Source of the DNA: an uncultured virus (IMG/VR IMGVR_UViG_2916515220_000006)
Lineage: Duplodnaviria; Heunggongvirae; Uroviricota; Caudoviricetes
Virus record (IMG/VR): IMGVR_UViG_2916515220_000006
Length of the DNA stretch: 28,804 nucleotides
Reading direction: 5' to 3' (one strand)
Position numbers and translations under genes: made by a program
Notes under the pieces: model-generated
Told to the model about the DNA's origin: nothing
The model's database searches: none
What the model saw: only the letters and a program-made list of their open reading frames with translations
Shown here: one piece after another, positions 9,411 through 16,953 of the stretch
Layout: every line of letters starts with the position of its first letter
How positions within the stretch are numbered: position 1 is the first letter of the stretch

Positions 9411-11113
9411 CCTGCGACCCCTAGACGGCTCAGCAACGCGGCTGGCCCGCCCGTCTCGTCAGTTTCAGCGAGCAACTGCGCGGCCTCGGCACCCTGTTTG
9501 ACGACAGGTGCCATCTTGGAGGCCATTTCAGCGGAAGCCGCTGCGCGTTGCTGTTCGGCGCGATCAGCCCGAATCTTCCGGACTTCGTCATCTGCGCGAA
9601 CGATGGTCGGCACTACACCGACAGCATCGCCGTATTCGTCGATAGCCTGGTCGAAATCGACCTTGTCCATCGCTTGCGCATTGCCCCCACTGATGTTCCC
9701 GACGAAGGCAAGGAACCGTTCGATAGAGCCTGTGGAAACAGCAAGCTGCGCCTGGGCCAGCGTCGAGATGTTTTCGATCTTGAGTTCAACGCCTTCCAGT
9801 TCTTGCGGAGGCTCCGGCAGTTCGTTGAGGTCATCGAGCGTGCCGAACACCCAATCGGCCAGCGGCATGATAAGCTCATGGTGCTGGCGTTCTACGGTCG
9901 GGCCAAGCTGCTGAAGCTGCTCTTCCTTGCGCTGGGTAAGCTCATAGACATTCTTTGGCTGAATGCCCTGCATGTTCGAAATCGCCATGAACAGGTCAGC
10001 GAAGAAAGCCCGGTTGATGCGGTTATCGACGTCCTTGATATCGGCCGCCAAGTCTCCCACGGAGATGTTGACGTCGAAGGCGCGGCGATAGGCGGCGTTC
10101 TGGTTCGTTTCATCCACATAAGTGACAGAACCCGGAAGGGATGAGTTCCGCTTGTTGCGGAGCGCCGTCGGGGCAACCACAGCCGGTTTAACCTGGTGCT
10201 CGATACCTTGCCCCTTCCAGATTTGCTCCTTCTGGAGCATCTTCACGTCAGGCAACGCATCCATGCCGGGGCAGTAGGCGGCATAGACGTCTTCGCCCAC
10301 GATGTCCCAGCGAGGCGCTATGATTGGATTGCGGTCGAACCCGCTGATTTCCAGCATCACCTTGCTCGGCCCCCCTGCCTCCCAATAGTTCGACATGAAC
10401 GGCTTGTGGGCCTTCGTCGGGATATTGGGGTTTCGGTCATGGCGCGGCTCAATCGCGTTGAAGACCTCGACCCAATCGTCGTAGCTGCCCTTATCCCAGC
10501 AGTTCTTGATCGTCGTGGACGTCTTCGACCAGTCCATATCGCCATTCGCCTGAACAACGAAGCGGCCAACGACCTGTTCAACAGTCATCCATACCCGGCG
10601 ATAGCAGGTATCGACACGCTGCTGACCGCTCGCTGCAAGCCAGTACTGACCAGCAACCGGCATGATGCCATGCAGAGCGCCCTTGTTGGTCGTGAGGATC
10701 ATGCAGAACTGCCCGAACAGCAGTTCGTCGCCGTACCCGCTGTGAAGGCAATTGTAGATGTTCGAGACGGCCAGCTTGTCCCGAGCCTTACGGGTGGACT
10801 GGTACAGGTAATTCTTGACCGGCCCGAATTCCTTCATGTCGTCGTCGAAGGTGCTGTATCGCATCCACGGGCGGGTTGGAGACGTGAGACCCGCTTGCAT
10901 GCCGGATCTCGCGACACGGTGGGCCAGCAAGGGCGAGTTATCGACGATCCGGCTATTCTGCGGCCGGCCCTTCGTTTCCTTGGCGTCGCCTTTGCGGTAT
11001 CTGCCGGGAGCGATGAAGTCGTTCAGTTCCTGCCACAGCGCCTCATAGTCGTTTCGTTCTTTCTTGAGGGCGGCTAAGCGCCGTTCGTGCCGCGACCGGA
11101 TTGCATCGTCCAT
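9407..11113 (-). CDS. Portal (head-tail connector) protein
   Basis: About 568 aa from MDDAIR. SGMQAGLTSPTRPW, PRWDIVGEDVY, PGMDALPDVKMLQ, RINRAFFADLF and RKEE.LQQLGP motifs of T7/BPP-1-type portals. Confidence 0.92.
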   Translation of the reverse strand: MDDAIRSRHERRLAALKKERNDYEALWQELNDFIAPGRYRKGDAKETKGRPQNSRIVDNSPLLAHRVARSGMQAGLTSPTRPWMRYSTFDDDMKEFGPVKNYLYQSTRKARDKLAVSNIYNCLHSGYGDELLFGQFCMILTTNKGALHGIMPVAGQYWLAASGQQRVDTCYRRVWMTVEQVVGRFVVQANGDMDWSKTSTTIKNCWDKGSYDDWVEVFNAIEPRHDRNPNIPTKAHKPFMSNYWEAGGPSKVMLEISGFDRNPIIAPRWDIVGEDVYAAYCPGMDALPDVKMLQKEQIWKGQGIEHQVKPAVVAPTALRNKRNSSLPGSVTYVDETNQNAAYRRAFDVNISVGDLAADIKDVDNRINRAFFADLFMAISNMQGIQPKNVYELTQRKEEQLQQLGPTVERQHHELIMPLADWVFGTLDDLNELPEPPQELEGVELKIENISTLAQAQLAVSTGSIERFLAFVGNISGGNAQAMDKVDFDQAIDEYGDAVGVVPTIVRADDEVRKIRADRAEQQRAAASAEMASKMAPVVKQGAEAAQLLAETDETGGPAALLSRLGVAG

Positions 11114-11114
11114 A

Positions 11115-11330
11115 TTAGGCACCCAGCAGCATCTTCTTGCCTGTAGCATCCACGGCGCCGACGCCTTCGTTGCCGGTCAGCATCGTCGGCGCGGCTGACT
11201 TCAGCTTGTCCTTCGCATTGTTCGCAGCAGCAGCTGAAGCATCCTTCGTCGGTGCTCGCTGGGCAGCGTATTCGACAGGAAGAGCGGGAGTAGCGGCCGG
11301 CGCTGCTGCCTTGCTTGAGAAAACGCACAT
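11115..11330 (-). CDS. Small Ala-rich virion protein (T7 gp7.3-like position)
   Basis: MCVFSSKAAAPAATP...TMLTGNEGV...GKKMLLGA, 71 aa, immediately upstream of the portal. AAGGA RBS. Confidence 0.7.
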   Translation of the reverse strand: MCVFSSKAAAPAATPALPVEYAAQRAPTKDASAAAANNAKDKLKSAAPTMLTGNEGVGAVDATGKKMLLGA

Positions 11331-11340
11331 GTTGGCTTCC

Positions 11341-11637
11341 TTACAGGTAGAGAAAAACGAGGAGGGAGAAGACGGCGAACGCCAGCGCAACAATCGACAG
11401 AGGACGCTCCCAGCGCGGGCCAATGACATCGGCAAGGTAAGCGGCGCCGATGGACGCCAAAGGCAGCACAGCAAGCCACAGGACCGGATGCGAGCCGGTT
11501 GCAGCAACAGCCAAGATCAGCAGGAACACCATGCCGGCGAACAGTCGTCCGTTCGTGGCGGCGTTCTTGGCGCGTTCAAGCGAGCAGAGGCGCTCATGCT
11601 GCCGTTGAAGCAGCAGGTCAAAATCATCAGGTTCCAT
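11341..11637 (-). CDS. Small membrane protein (about 3 predicted TM helices)
   Basis: 98 aa with three hydrophobic stretches. GAGGT RBS; fills the gap between TerL and the next gene. Confidence 0.65.
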   Translation of the reverse strand: MEPDDFDLLLQRQHERLCSLERAKNAATNGRLFAGMVFLLILAVAATGSHPVLWLAVLPLASIGAAYLADVIGPRWERPLSIVALAFAVFSLLVFLYL

Positions 11638-11646
11638 GTTCGGACC

Positions 11647-13143
11647 TCAAGAATAGGGGTTGTAATCGTCGCTCTGGGATGAGCCGCCGTAGCTGGTGTC
11701 ACGGCTGTGATTGTAGCGTTCATCGCCGCGTTCCCTTGCCACCACAGGGCGCGCGAAGGTCAGGCCGAGCGCGTCAGCACGGTTTGGAGACGGCAGGCCT
11801 CTCGCCTTCATGTCTTCCTTGCTCTCCAGCTGGAGCTTGCCGTCAACGCGCGCAATCAGTTCCGGGCCGATCAGGTCTTGATAGAGAACGTCGTCCTTCG
11901 GATCGATCGCGCCACCTGTTTTGATCCAGTCGCGCATTCCCTTCCACATCTCGGCACGCTTGTTCAGGCAGCCGCGGTCCACGCTCTTTTCTGCGAAGCT
12001 CACAAGTTGCCATGTGCGGCCGAGCGTGATGCCCGCCGAATAGATGCCTGTTCCATGGCCAAGGTCGATGAAGACCGCATCCGCTTCAAGTTCGTCCTCG
12101 AAGCGCGCCACATGGTTGGCGACCAGGATGTCGTTATCGTTCTTCGGCATGGTCAGCAGCAGCTTCGAGTAAAGCCCCTGTCTGAAGTAGATGACCAGTT
12201 CGTCGTCACCTGTCCAAGCGGGATCAACGCCGATGATTTTCGGAGCGAAGTCATACTGCTCTTTGCGCAGGTGGACTTTCTGGGCAGCGTCCACATCATC
12301 GACCGATATGAACTGCTTTGCTGAAGCCGATGGAAACATGCCGCGCACTCGCACCTTTACGAAATCATGGTCTTCGCCATAGTCCTCGACCCACTGGTCA
12401 AGCTTCTTCTTGTTGGTGCCTGGCACCGACCGGCTATCGATCTGTCGCCTTATCCAGCGCCGACGATGGCGACGGAAACACTCGCGGAATCGCCCGGTGT
12501 TCTGCGTCGGGTTGCCGAAGACAATCCAGATGATGATCGTGTTTTCGTCAGTCAGCGCGCCTTCCGCCACTTCCCAGACGCTATCCGCAATCTTTGAGGC
12601 CTCGTCGAACATCAGGACGATTATCTTGTCCTTGTTGTGCAGACCGGCAAAGGCTTCCGTGTTGTGGGCAGACCACGCGACGAAATCGAGTCGCCACAGG
12701 TCTGAATGCTCCGCGTCTCGCGCCTTGACCGACATGGCCTGCACATCAAACCAGTGCGACGTGATCGATGAGCGGAACCACTTGCCGATTTCCGGCGACG
12801 TCTTCGTTCGCAGCTGGCTTTCAGTGTTTGCGGTGGCGACAATCTTGCAATCAGCAAAGCAGGACATGGCCCAATTTGCGAGCATGCCCATTTCTGCCGA
12901 CTTGCCGATACCGTGACCGCTTGCAACGGCGATCTGCAAAGGCTGGTATCGGTTCTCGCTGTTAAGGTGCTGGCGTATCTCTTCGTTGATATCCGCCTGC
13001 CACTCGCGCGGCCCTTCCATGTCCTTCAGATTGCCCTGACCCCAATCCCACGCGAACAGGGACCATCCTTGCGGGTCGAACTGATATTCAGCGGCGGCGT
13101 CCAGAATGTCTTCATCCGGGTCGCGCTTCTGTGCTGGTATCAT
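11647..13143 (-). CDS. terL: Terminase large subunit
   Basis: Walker A ASGHGIGKS, Walker B LMFDEAS, FGNPT, nuclease IGVDPA and SPNRADAL motifs. Confidence 0.95.
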   Translation of the reverse strand: MIPAQKRDPDEDILDAAAEYQFDPQGWSLFAWDWGQGNLKDMEGPREWQADINEEIRQHLNSENRYQPLQIAVASGHGIGKSAEMGMLANWAMSCFADCKIVATANTESQLRTKTSPEIGKWFRSSITSHWFDVQAMSVKARDAEHSDLWRLDFVAWSAHNTEAFAGLHNKDKIIVLMFDEASKIADSVWEVAEGALTDENTIIIWIVFGNPTQNTGRFRECFRRHRRRWIRRQIDSRSVPGTNKKKLDQWVEDYGEDHDFVKVRVRGMFPSASAKQFISVDDVDAAQKVHLRKEQYDFAPKIIGVDPAWTGDDELVIYFRQGLYSKLLLTMPKNDNDILVANHVARFEDELEADAVFIDLGHGTGIYSAGITLGRTWQLVSFAEKSVDRGCLNKRAEMWKGMRDWIKTGGAIDPKDDVLYQDLIGPELIARVDGKLQLESKEDMKARGLPSPNRADALGLTFARPVVARERGDERYNHSRDTSYGGSSQSDDYNPYS

Positions 13144-13580
13144 TTCTGTTCAGGCTTCCTTGCCTTGGCTCGATTGAGACGCTCAGCGAGCGAGCCGTTG
13201 ACGTTAAGCTCGACTTCCTGCTTGTCGCGCCAATCCTTTGGCTTCCGGTTCTTCAGCCAGAAGATGGCTGCGACCGTATCAGGCGGGTAGTGCTTGGTGA
13301 CTTCGGTCTTCACCACCTGGCCATCAATGACCTTGATATCGACATCAGGATGAGAATAACCGATAGCCCTTTGAAACAGACTGCGCTCGACGGCCTCGTC
13401 CGAAATGTCCTTGCCAACCTTTAAGGACTGACAGAATTCCGGGTACTCTATCTTCCAGCGCTGGATAGTGCGATCAGACACCCCGAAGAATTCGGCAAGC
13501 TGCTTATCCGTAAGCCCCTGCTCGCAGAGCTTTTCAGCCTGTTCCGCATACTCGGGCTTGTACGAGGTCTGACGCGCCAT
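13140..13580 (-). CDS. terS: Terminase small subunit (HTH)
   Basis: Start re-called at MARQTSYKPEY. HTH GLTDKQLAEFFGVSDRTIQRWK and HYPPDTVAAIFWLKNRKP.DWRDKQE. ATGA overlap with terL. Confidence 0.88.
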   Translation of the reverse strand: MARQTSYKPEYAEQAEKLCEQGLTDKQLAEFFGVSDRTIQRWKIEYPEFCQSLKVGKDISDEAVERSLFQRAIGYSHPDVDIKVIDGQVVKTEVTKHYPPDTVAAIFWLKNRKPKDWRDKQEVELNVNGSLAERLNRAKARKPEQK

Positions 13581-13582
13581 GT

Positions 13583-13825
13583 TCAGTAAATCCCGACAAG
13601 GCCGCCTGCGGTTGTTCCTGTAGACCACACGCGACGAATTCGAATGGGGAAGACGCCGGCAGGCATGGTGAAAGTGCCTACCGCGCCTTTGTCGTCAGTG
13701 ATTTTGATATCGCCCTCTGTGCCGATGATCAGCGCACGAGTATCGTTTTCGAGATCGACGGTATCGCTCTTGGCGATGCTGAAGAGACGTCCCGGCTCTG
13801 TGCCGTATTGATTGCGTTCGACCAT
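13583..13825 (-). CDS. Head-spike base protein-like (RcGTA Rcc01079 family)
   Basis: 80 aa beta-rich protein: SDTVDL...RALIIG.EGDI...PAGVFPIRIRRVWSTGTTAGGLVG. Confidence 0.7.
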   Translation of the reverse strand: MVERNQYGTEPGRLFSIAKSDTVDLENDTRALIIGTEGDIKITDDKGAVGTFTMPAGVFPIRIRRVWSTGTTAGGLVGIY

Positions 13826-13852
13826 CGCGCAGCTTCCTTGAAATGTGTGCTG

Positions 13853-14092
13853 TTAATCTTGCGTCAGGCGCTTCGTCAGGAATGCCAGAGAGCCGATGAC
13901 ACACCGGTTCCAGATGAAGCCGGCAACAGTCTCGCCCGTTGACCTGTCCGAATACTGGATGGCAACCGCGACGCCGCAGATCTCGCCACCCTTGGCTTTT
14001 TCCAGCAGCCCTTCGAGACATTCGATGCAGTCTTGGTTCTGGCCGCGCTCTGAAAGGATGCGGTCGCCGTCTTTGTAAACGACCTCACCCAT
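13853..14092 (-). CDS. Hypothetical phage protein
   Basis: 79 aa, LEGLLEKAKGGEICGVAVA; tightly packed in the operon. Confidence 0.65.
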   Translation of the reverse strand: MGEVVYKDGDRILSERGQNQDCIECLEGLLEKAKGGEICGVAVAIQYSDRSTGETVAGFIWNRCVIGSLAFLTKRLTQD

Positions 14093-14094
14093 TG

Positions 14095-14427
14095 TCAGGC
14101 CTTCTTGTAGAACTTTTCAGCGACATCTTTGTCGGCGCCCTGGCCGATCGCCATCTTCTGAACCTGAAGCGATATCGAATGGCGCTTTTCGCCGTTGATG
14201 ACTTCCACACGATCCTCCGAGATCATCGCTTCCGCATGAATCGTCACGGGCAGGCCGGCGTCGAAGTCGTGATCCGTCATGCCGAGCTTCTTCAGCGTCT
14301 CATAATCGAGAAACAGGTTCAGGCCATACGGGTAATCGGGCCGGTCCTCCGCGGAGGCTTTCTCCCAACGGTCGGTTTCAGCCTTCTTTTCGGCCTTTGT
14401 GCGGGCCAGGTCGACGAGTTCAGCCAT
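14095..14427 (-). CDS. Capsid staple protein (epsilon15 gp10-like)
   Basis: 110 aa. YPYGLNLFLDYETLKKLG...ISLQVQKMAI resembles the YPWGL.I.LD.E.L..LG...VELQIT pattern I recall for epsilon15 gp10. Confidence 0.65.
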   Translation of the reverse strand: MAELVDLARTKAEKKAETDRWEKASAEDRPDYPYGLNLFLDYETLKKLGMTDHDFDAGLPVTIHAEAMISEDRVEVINGEKRHSISLQVQKMAIGQGADKDVAEKFYKKA

Positions 14428-14506
14428 TTGGTTCTACCCCTTAAGGTTTGAAATGAGCTAGTCTCTGTGCTTCTTGAACACGAACCAAAGTCACAAGGAC
14501 ACGCTC

Positions 14507-14674
14507 ATGATTAAGTGCTCTGCCTGTGGAGCAACGAACGAAATTGACGTTCAATATTCAAACTTCGGCCCGGCCAACCAAGACACCATCGAAGCGAAAT
14601 GCGCAAAGTGCGGGGCCTTTCTGAAAAAGTTCAAAAAGGTATTTGATGTCACCGTGAAGCTTGTCGACGAATAA
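14507..14674 (+). CDS. Small zinc-ribbon protein, antisense to the late operon (moron-like)
   Basis: MIKCSACG...KCAKCG, 55 aa. AAGGA RBS at 14495-14499; more AT-rich than the flanks. Confidence 0.65.
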   Translation: MIKCSACGATNEIDVQYSNFGPANQDTIEAKCAKCGAFLKKFKKVFDVTVKLVDE

Positions 14675-14709
14675 CCCTCTCCCGCTCTTTCTCGGTGGTG
14701 GTCATGTGG

Positions 14710-14943
14710 TCAGTCCCATGGGAGGAAAAGAGCGGCCTTGCGCCCGTATGCGTCGCGGTAGCCGGTCACTCTCAACCAAGCCCACCGAAAGAAGCTGTGA
14801 TAATACGGAGCAGGCACAGCGGGCACCCAACCTCTGCCACGGCATTCGTCGCAGTTGCCCGGCCGAAACGTTCCGCGGTGGACCCGATCAGCAAAACCTG
14901 TCCCTGCGCACGTCTCACAGTGCTGCAATACCTCGGCGGTCAT
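14710..14943 (-). CDS. Small protein with DnaJ-type CxxCxGxG zinc-finger repeats
   Basis: CETCAGTG and CDECRGRG. GGAG RBS before the ATG at 14943. Confidence 0.6.
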   Translation of the reverse strand: MTAEVLQHCETCAGTGFADRVHRGTFRPGNCDECRGRGWVPAVPAPYYHSFFRWAWLRVTGYRDAYGRKAALFLPWD

Positions 14944-14982
14944 CGCTCTCTCCATGTGGGCGGGTGAATGGGGTTCAGACGA

Positions 14983-15144
14983 TCAGCGCAGTGGACTACC
15001 CATGAGGCCTTTGCGCGATAAGTAGTCCAGCGCCTTAGCCCGCAATTCTGCGTCTTTCGGCAGCTTGCGGACTAGTTTTCGAACCAGCATCACTAAATCG
15101 TCCACCGTCTGCTCTGCTTCTGTCTTTGGCGTCAGAGCCTTCAT
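14983..15144 (-). CDS. Small hypothetical phage protein (53 aa)
   Basis: MKALTPKTEAEQTVDDLVMLVRKLVRKLPKDAELRAKALDYLSRKGLMGSPLR*, with a strong GGAGGA RBS. Below the ORF-track cutoff. Confidence 0.7.
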   Translation of the reverse strand: MKALTPKTEAEQTVDDLVMLVRKLVRKLPKDAELRAKALDYLSRKGLMGSPLR

Positions 15145-15913
15145 GAAATCCTCCGCCGCTTTGGGCCGGGTCGGCGAAACCCGCTAGGTCACCCGCAGGG
15201 CCGCCCTTTGTCCTAGGCCACTCTCGGAATCGATCAGCCCCACCTTGTTACGGGCGGGGCTGGTGAAATGTACGGGCGCACCATAATCGGCCCCGAAGGG
15301 TGGCAGCCTACCTGGGCTTTCGTCTGCCGTTTAACCGACTAGCGGGACTGTCTTTACCTCAAGATTACATCCCGCTCGGATGAGGACCGCCGCCCGGTCT
15401 CGTCGCTTCGCCTTCCCGGCTCTCACTGACGATCTGATTTGCCCCAGAGGCAGGCTCCCGACGGGCCTCGATCCCGCGACCTCCACCAACTCTGTTTCGA
15501 CGGCGCTCTATCCGACTGAGCTACGGGAGCCTGTCTATCCTCTGGGTTATCCGCAGAAACTACGTCGCTTCACCCTATGGGCTACATGCCGCACGCTCTG
15601 CCGATATACATGCAAGACGGCGAGTTTTTGCGTCGTGATCTCACCGGAAATGTCTTCTGCAGTGACCCTTACCCAAGTCTCCCGCGCTTGGACCGCCTCG
15701 CATTCCGTTGCCCTGTTGGGCGAATAGCTGCCGGGTGTTCGATGGCCATTCCCTACTAACCTGGCTTGGTGGCCACGACTGGCTTCGATCCGCCCGCTGA
15801 GCCTCACCGTCTTTATGCCGCCTCGCGCTTTCGAGCTTCACGCTGGCGGCGAATTTACGCCGCGCCCGGTGTCCCGGTGTTCGAATTCTCCGCGGAGAAG
15901 GGTCGATTGCGGC
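15145..15913 (-). ncRNA. Candidate large multi-domain structured ncRNA (or array of structured RNAs)
   Basis: About 770 nt without a credible ORF in an otherwise gap-free operon. Many nested helices, a C(UUCG)G tetraloop, possible pseudoknots and an embedded tRNA-like domain. Confidence 0.6.
15451..15533 (-). tRNA. Non-canonical tRNA-like element (pseudo-tRNA, Arg-like body)
   Basis: GCTCCCG-TA-GCTC(AGTCGGATA)GAGC-G-CCGTCGA(AACAGAG)TTGGTGG-AGGTC-GCGGG(ATCGAGG)CCCGT-CGGGAGC. No U33, A in place of T54, no encoded CCA. Confidence 0.75.
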
Positions 15914-16528
15914 CTACCGTTCGGCACGCTCCAGAAGCTGCCGGCGGCGTTCGTTGCGCCATTGGGCGTAAGCGAGGTTATCAGCCCTCACTTTTCCCTT
16001 CTGGCCGGCGACTTCTTCGTCTCGCCAGTCCGTGGCGCATTTCTTTGAAGCTACCGTTGTTGATGCGTGTTCTATGTCGATTTGCGCCACGCCGTCCAGC
16101 GAGGTCGTCAACCGGATTTGATGCTTTTGGTTGAGGTTGTCCGCAATCTGTTGACAATACGCCTGAATTCGGCGGTCGAAAGTTCGTCTCGACATGTCGA
16201 TTTTCCGAAGGTAGGCCTCAAGGTACATGCCTTTTCGGATTTTGATGAACGAATATTCGTAAATCATCTTCCGCCCTTCCTCATCGAGGTAGGCGTTTAT
16301 CCAGTCCCAGACCTGATGCATCCGGCTTATCGCTCCTGCCGACGGCGGCGCACGGCGCACGTTATGTTCGCTCTCACCGAACGCACCGACCATCTCGTGC
16401 AGCACCGATGCCATGGCGCCGGTCTTCAGTCCCGGCCCAGCGTCGGCAGGAGAGGCGCGTAGCGTGTGAGCCGCCTCGATGATCTGCGCCCGCACCTGCT
16501 CATATGTCCATTCCGCGAATACCGTCAT
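15914..16528 (-). CDS. Putative late transcription regulator (DUF6362-like, lambda Q position)
   Basis: Start re-called at 16528 (ATGA overlap). WTYEQVRAQIIEAAHTL..PSAGAISRM..WDWI..MSRRTFDRR (HTH-like). Last gene before the late region. Confidence 0.65.
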   Translation of the reverse strand: MTVFAEWTYEQVRAQIIEAAHTLRASPADAGPGLKTGAMASVLHEMVGAFGESEHNVRRAPPSAGAISRMHQVWDWINAYLDEEGRKMIYEYSFIKIRKGMYLEAYLRKIDMSRRTFDRRIQAYCQQIADNLNQKHQIRLTTSLDGVAQIDIEHASTTVASKKCATDWRDEEVAGQKGKVRADNLAYAQWRNERRRQLLERAER

Positions 16529-16953
16529 GCTGCCGCTCCTCGATATGGCCAAAGGCCGAAATGCATTCTCAGGGCTCCAAGGATCTCGTCGCTTGCAGCC
16601 ACTCCGTATTTCCTCGCCGTTGATCGAGCACCACGCCGAACGGCGCTCAAGTCTATTTGATTGAAGTCTGGCACCAGCGACGGCCGGCGCATCAGGTCTG
16701 GATTTGCGGCTAGCAGCCGGGACACCGCTTTGATGACATCGGCATAGAGCTCGCCAGAGTTTCGCGGGTTGCCGGTGATCAGCATCAGGACAAGGCGCAG
16801 ATGATCCTCGCCATGCAGCTGGCCGATCTCGCGCACAGTCGGCTTGCAGAAGCATTCTCGCCCCTTGCGGCTGGTCGGGCTGTGGTGCCGCCAGTCGCGC
16901 AGGATGACGCCGCATTCTCGGGCCACCTTGAAGATGTTGACGGTATGCTTCAC
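16525..16953 (-). CDS. Hypothetical phage protein
   Basis: 142 aa, coupled by 4-nt overlaps on both sides. Confidence 0.7.
   Translation of the reverse strand: MKHTVNIFKVARECGVILRDWRHHSPTSRKGRECFCKPTVREIGQLHGEDHLRLVLMLITGNPRNSGELYADVIKAVSRLLAANPDLMRRPSLVPDFNQIDLSAVRRGARSTARKYGVAASDEILGALRMHFGLWPYRGAAA

Noticed and set aside
251..13424. Numerous long + strand ORFs (e.g. 251-1174, 1619-2479, 7083-8462, 10196-11077)
   Set aside because: Antisense shadows of well-supported minus-strand virion genes in GC-rich DNA; no recognisable motifs.
15235..15262. GC-rich hairpin as an intrinsic terminator
   Set aside because: No U-tract on either strand; treated as part of the structured RNA.
15426..15450. 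CTGACGA hammerhead-like core on the + strand
   Set aside because: The following stem is not followed by the required GAAA, and no stems I/III are evident.
15767..15914. tmRNA or canonical tRNA ending in CCACCA
   Set aside because: No D arm or anticodon arm at the proper spacing, no tag reading frame and no G3-U70 pair; kept only as a tRNA-end-like motif.
15380..16134. Short ORFs across the structured region (15380-15727, 15547-15807, 15641-15841, 15766-16134)
   Set aside because: No RBS or coupling, non-protein-like composition, and they overlap the tRNA-like fold or the regulator gene.
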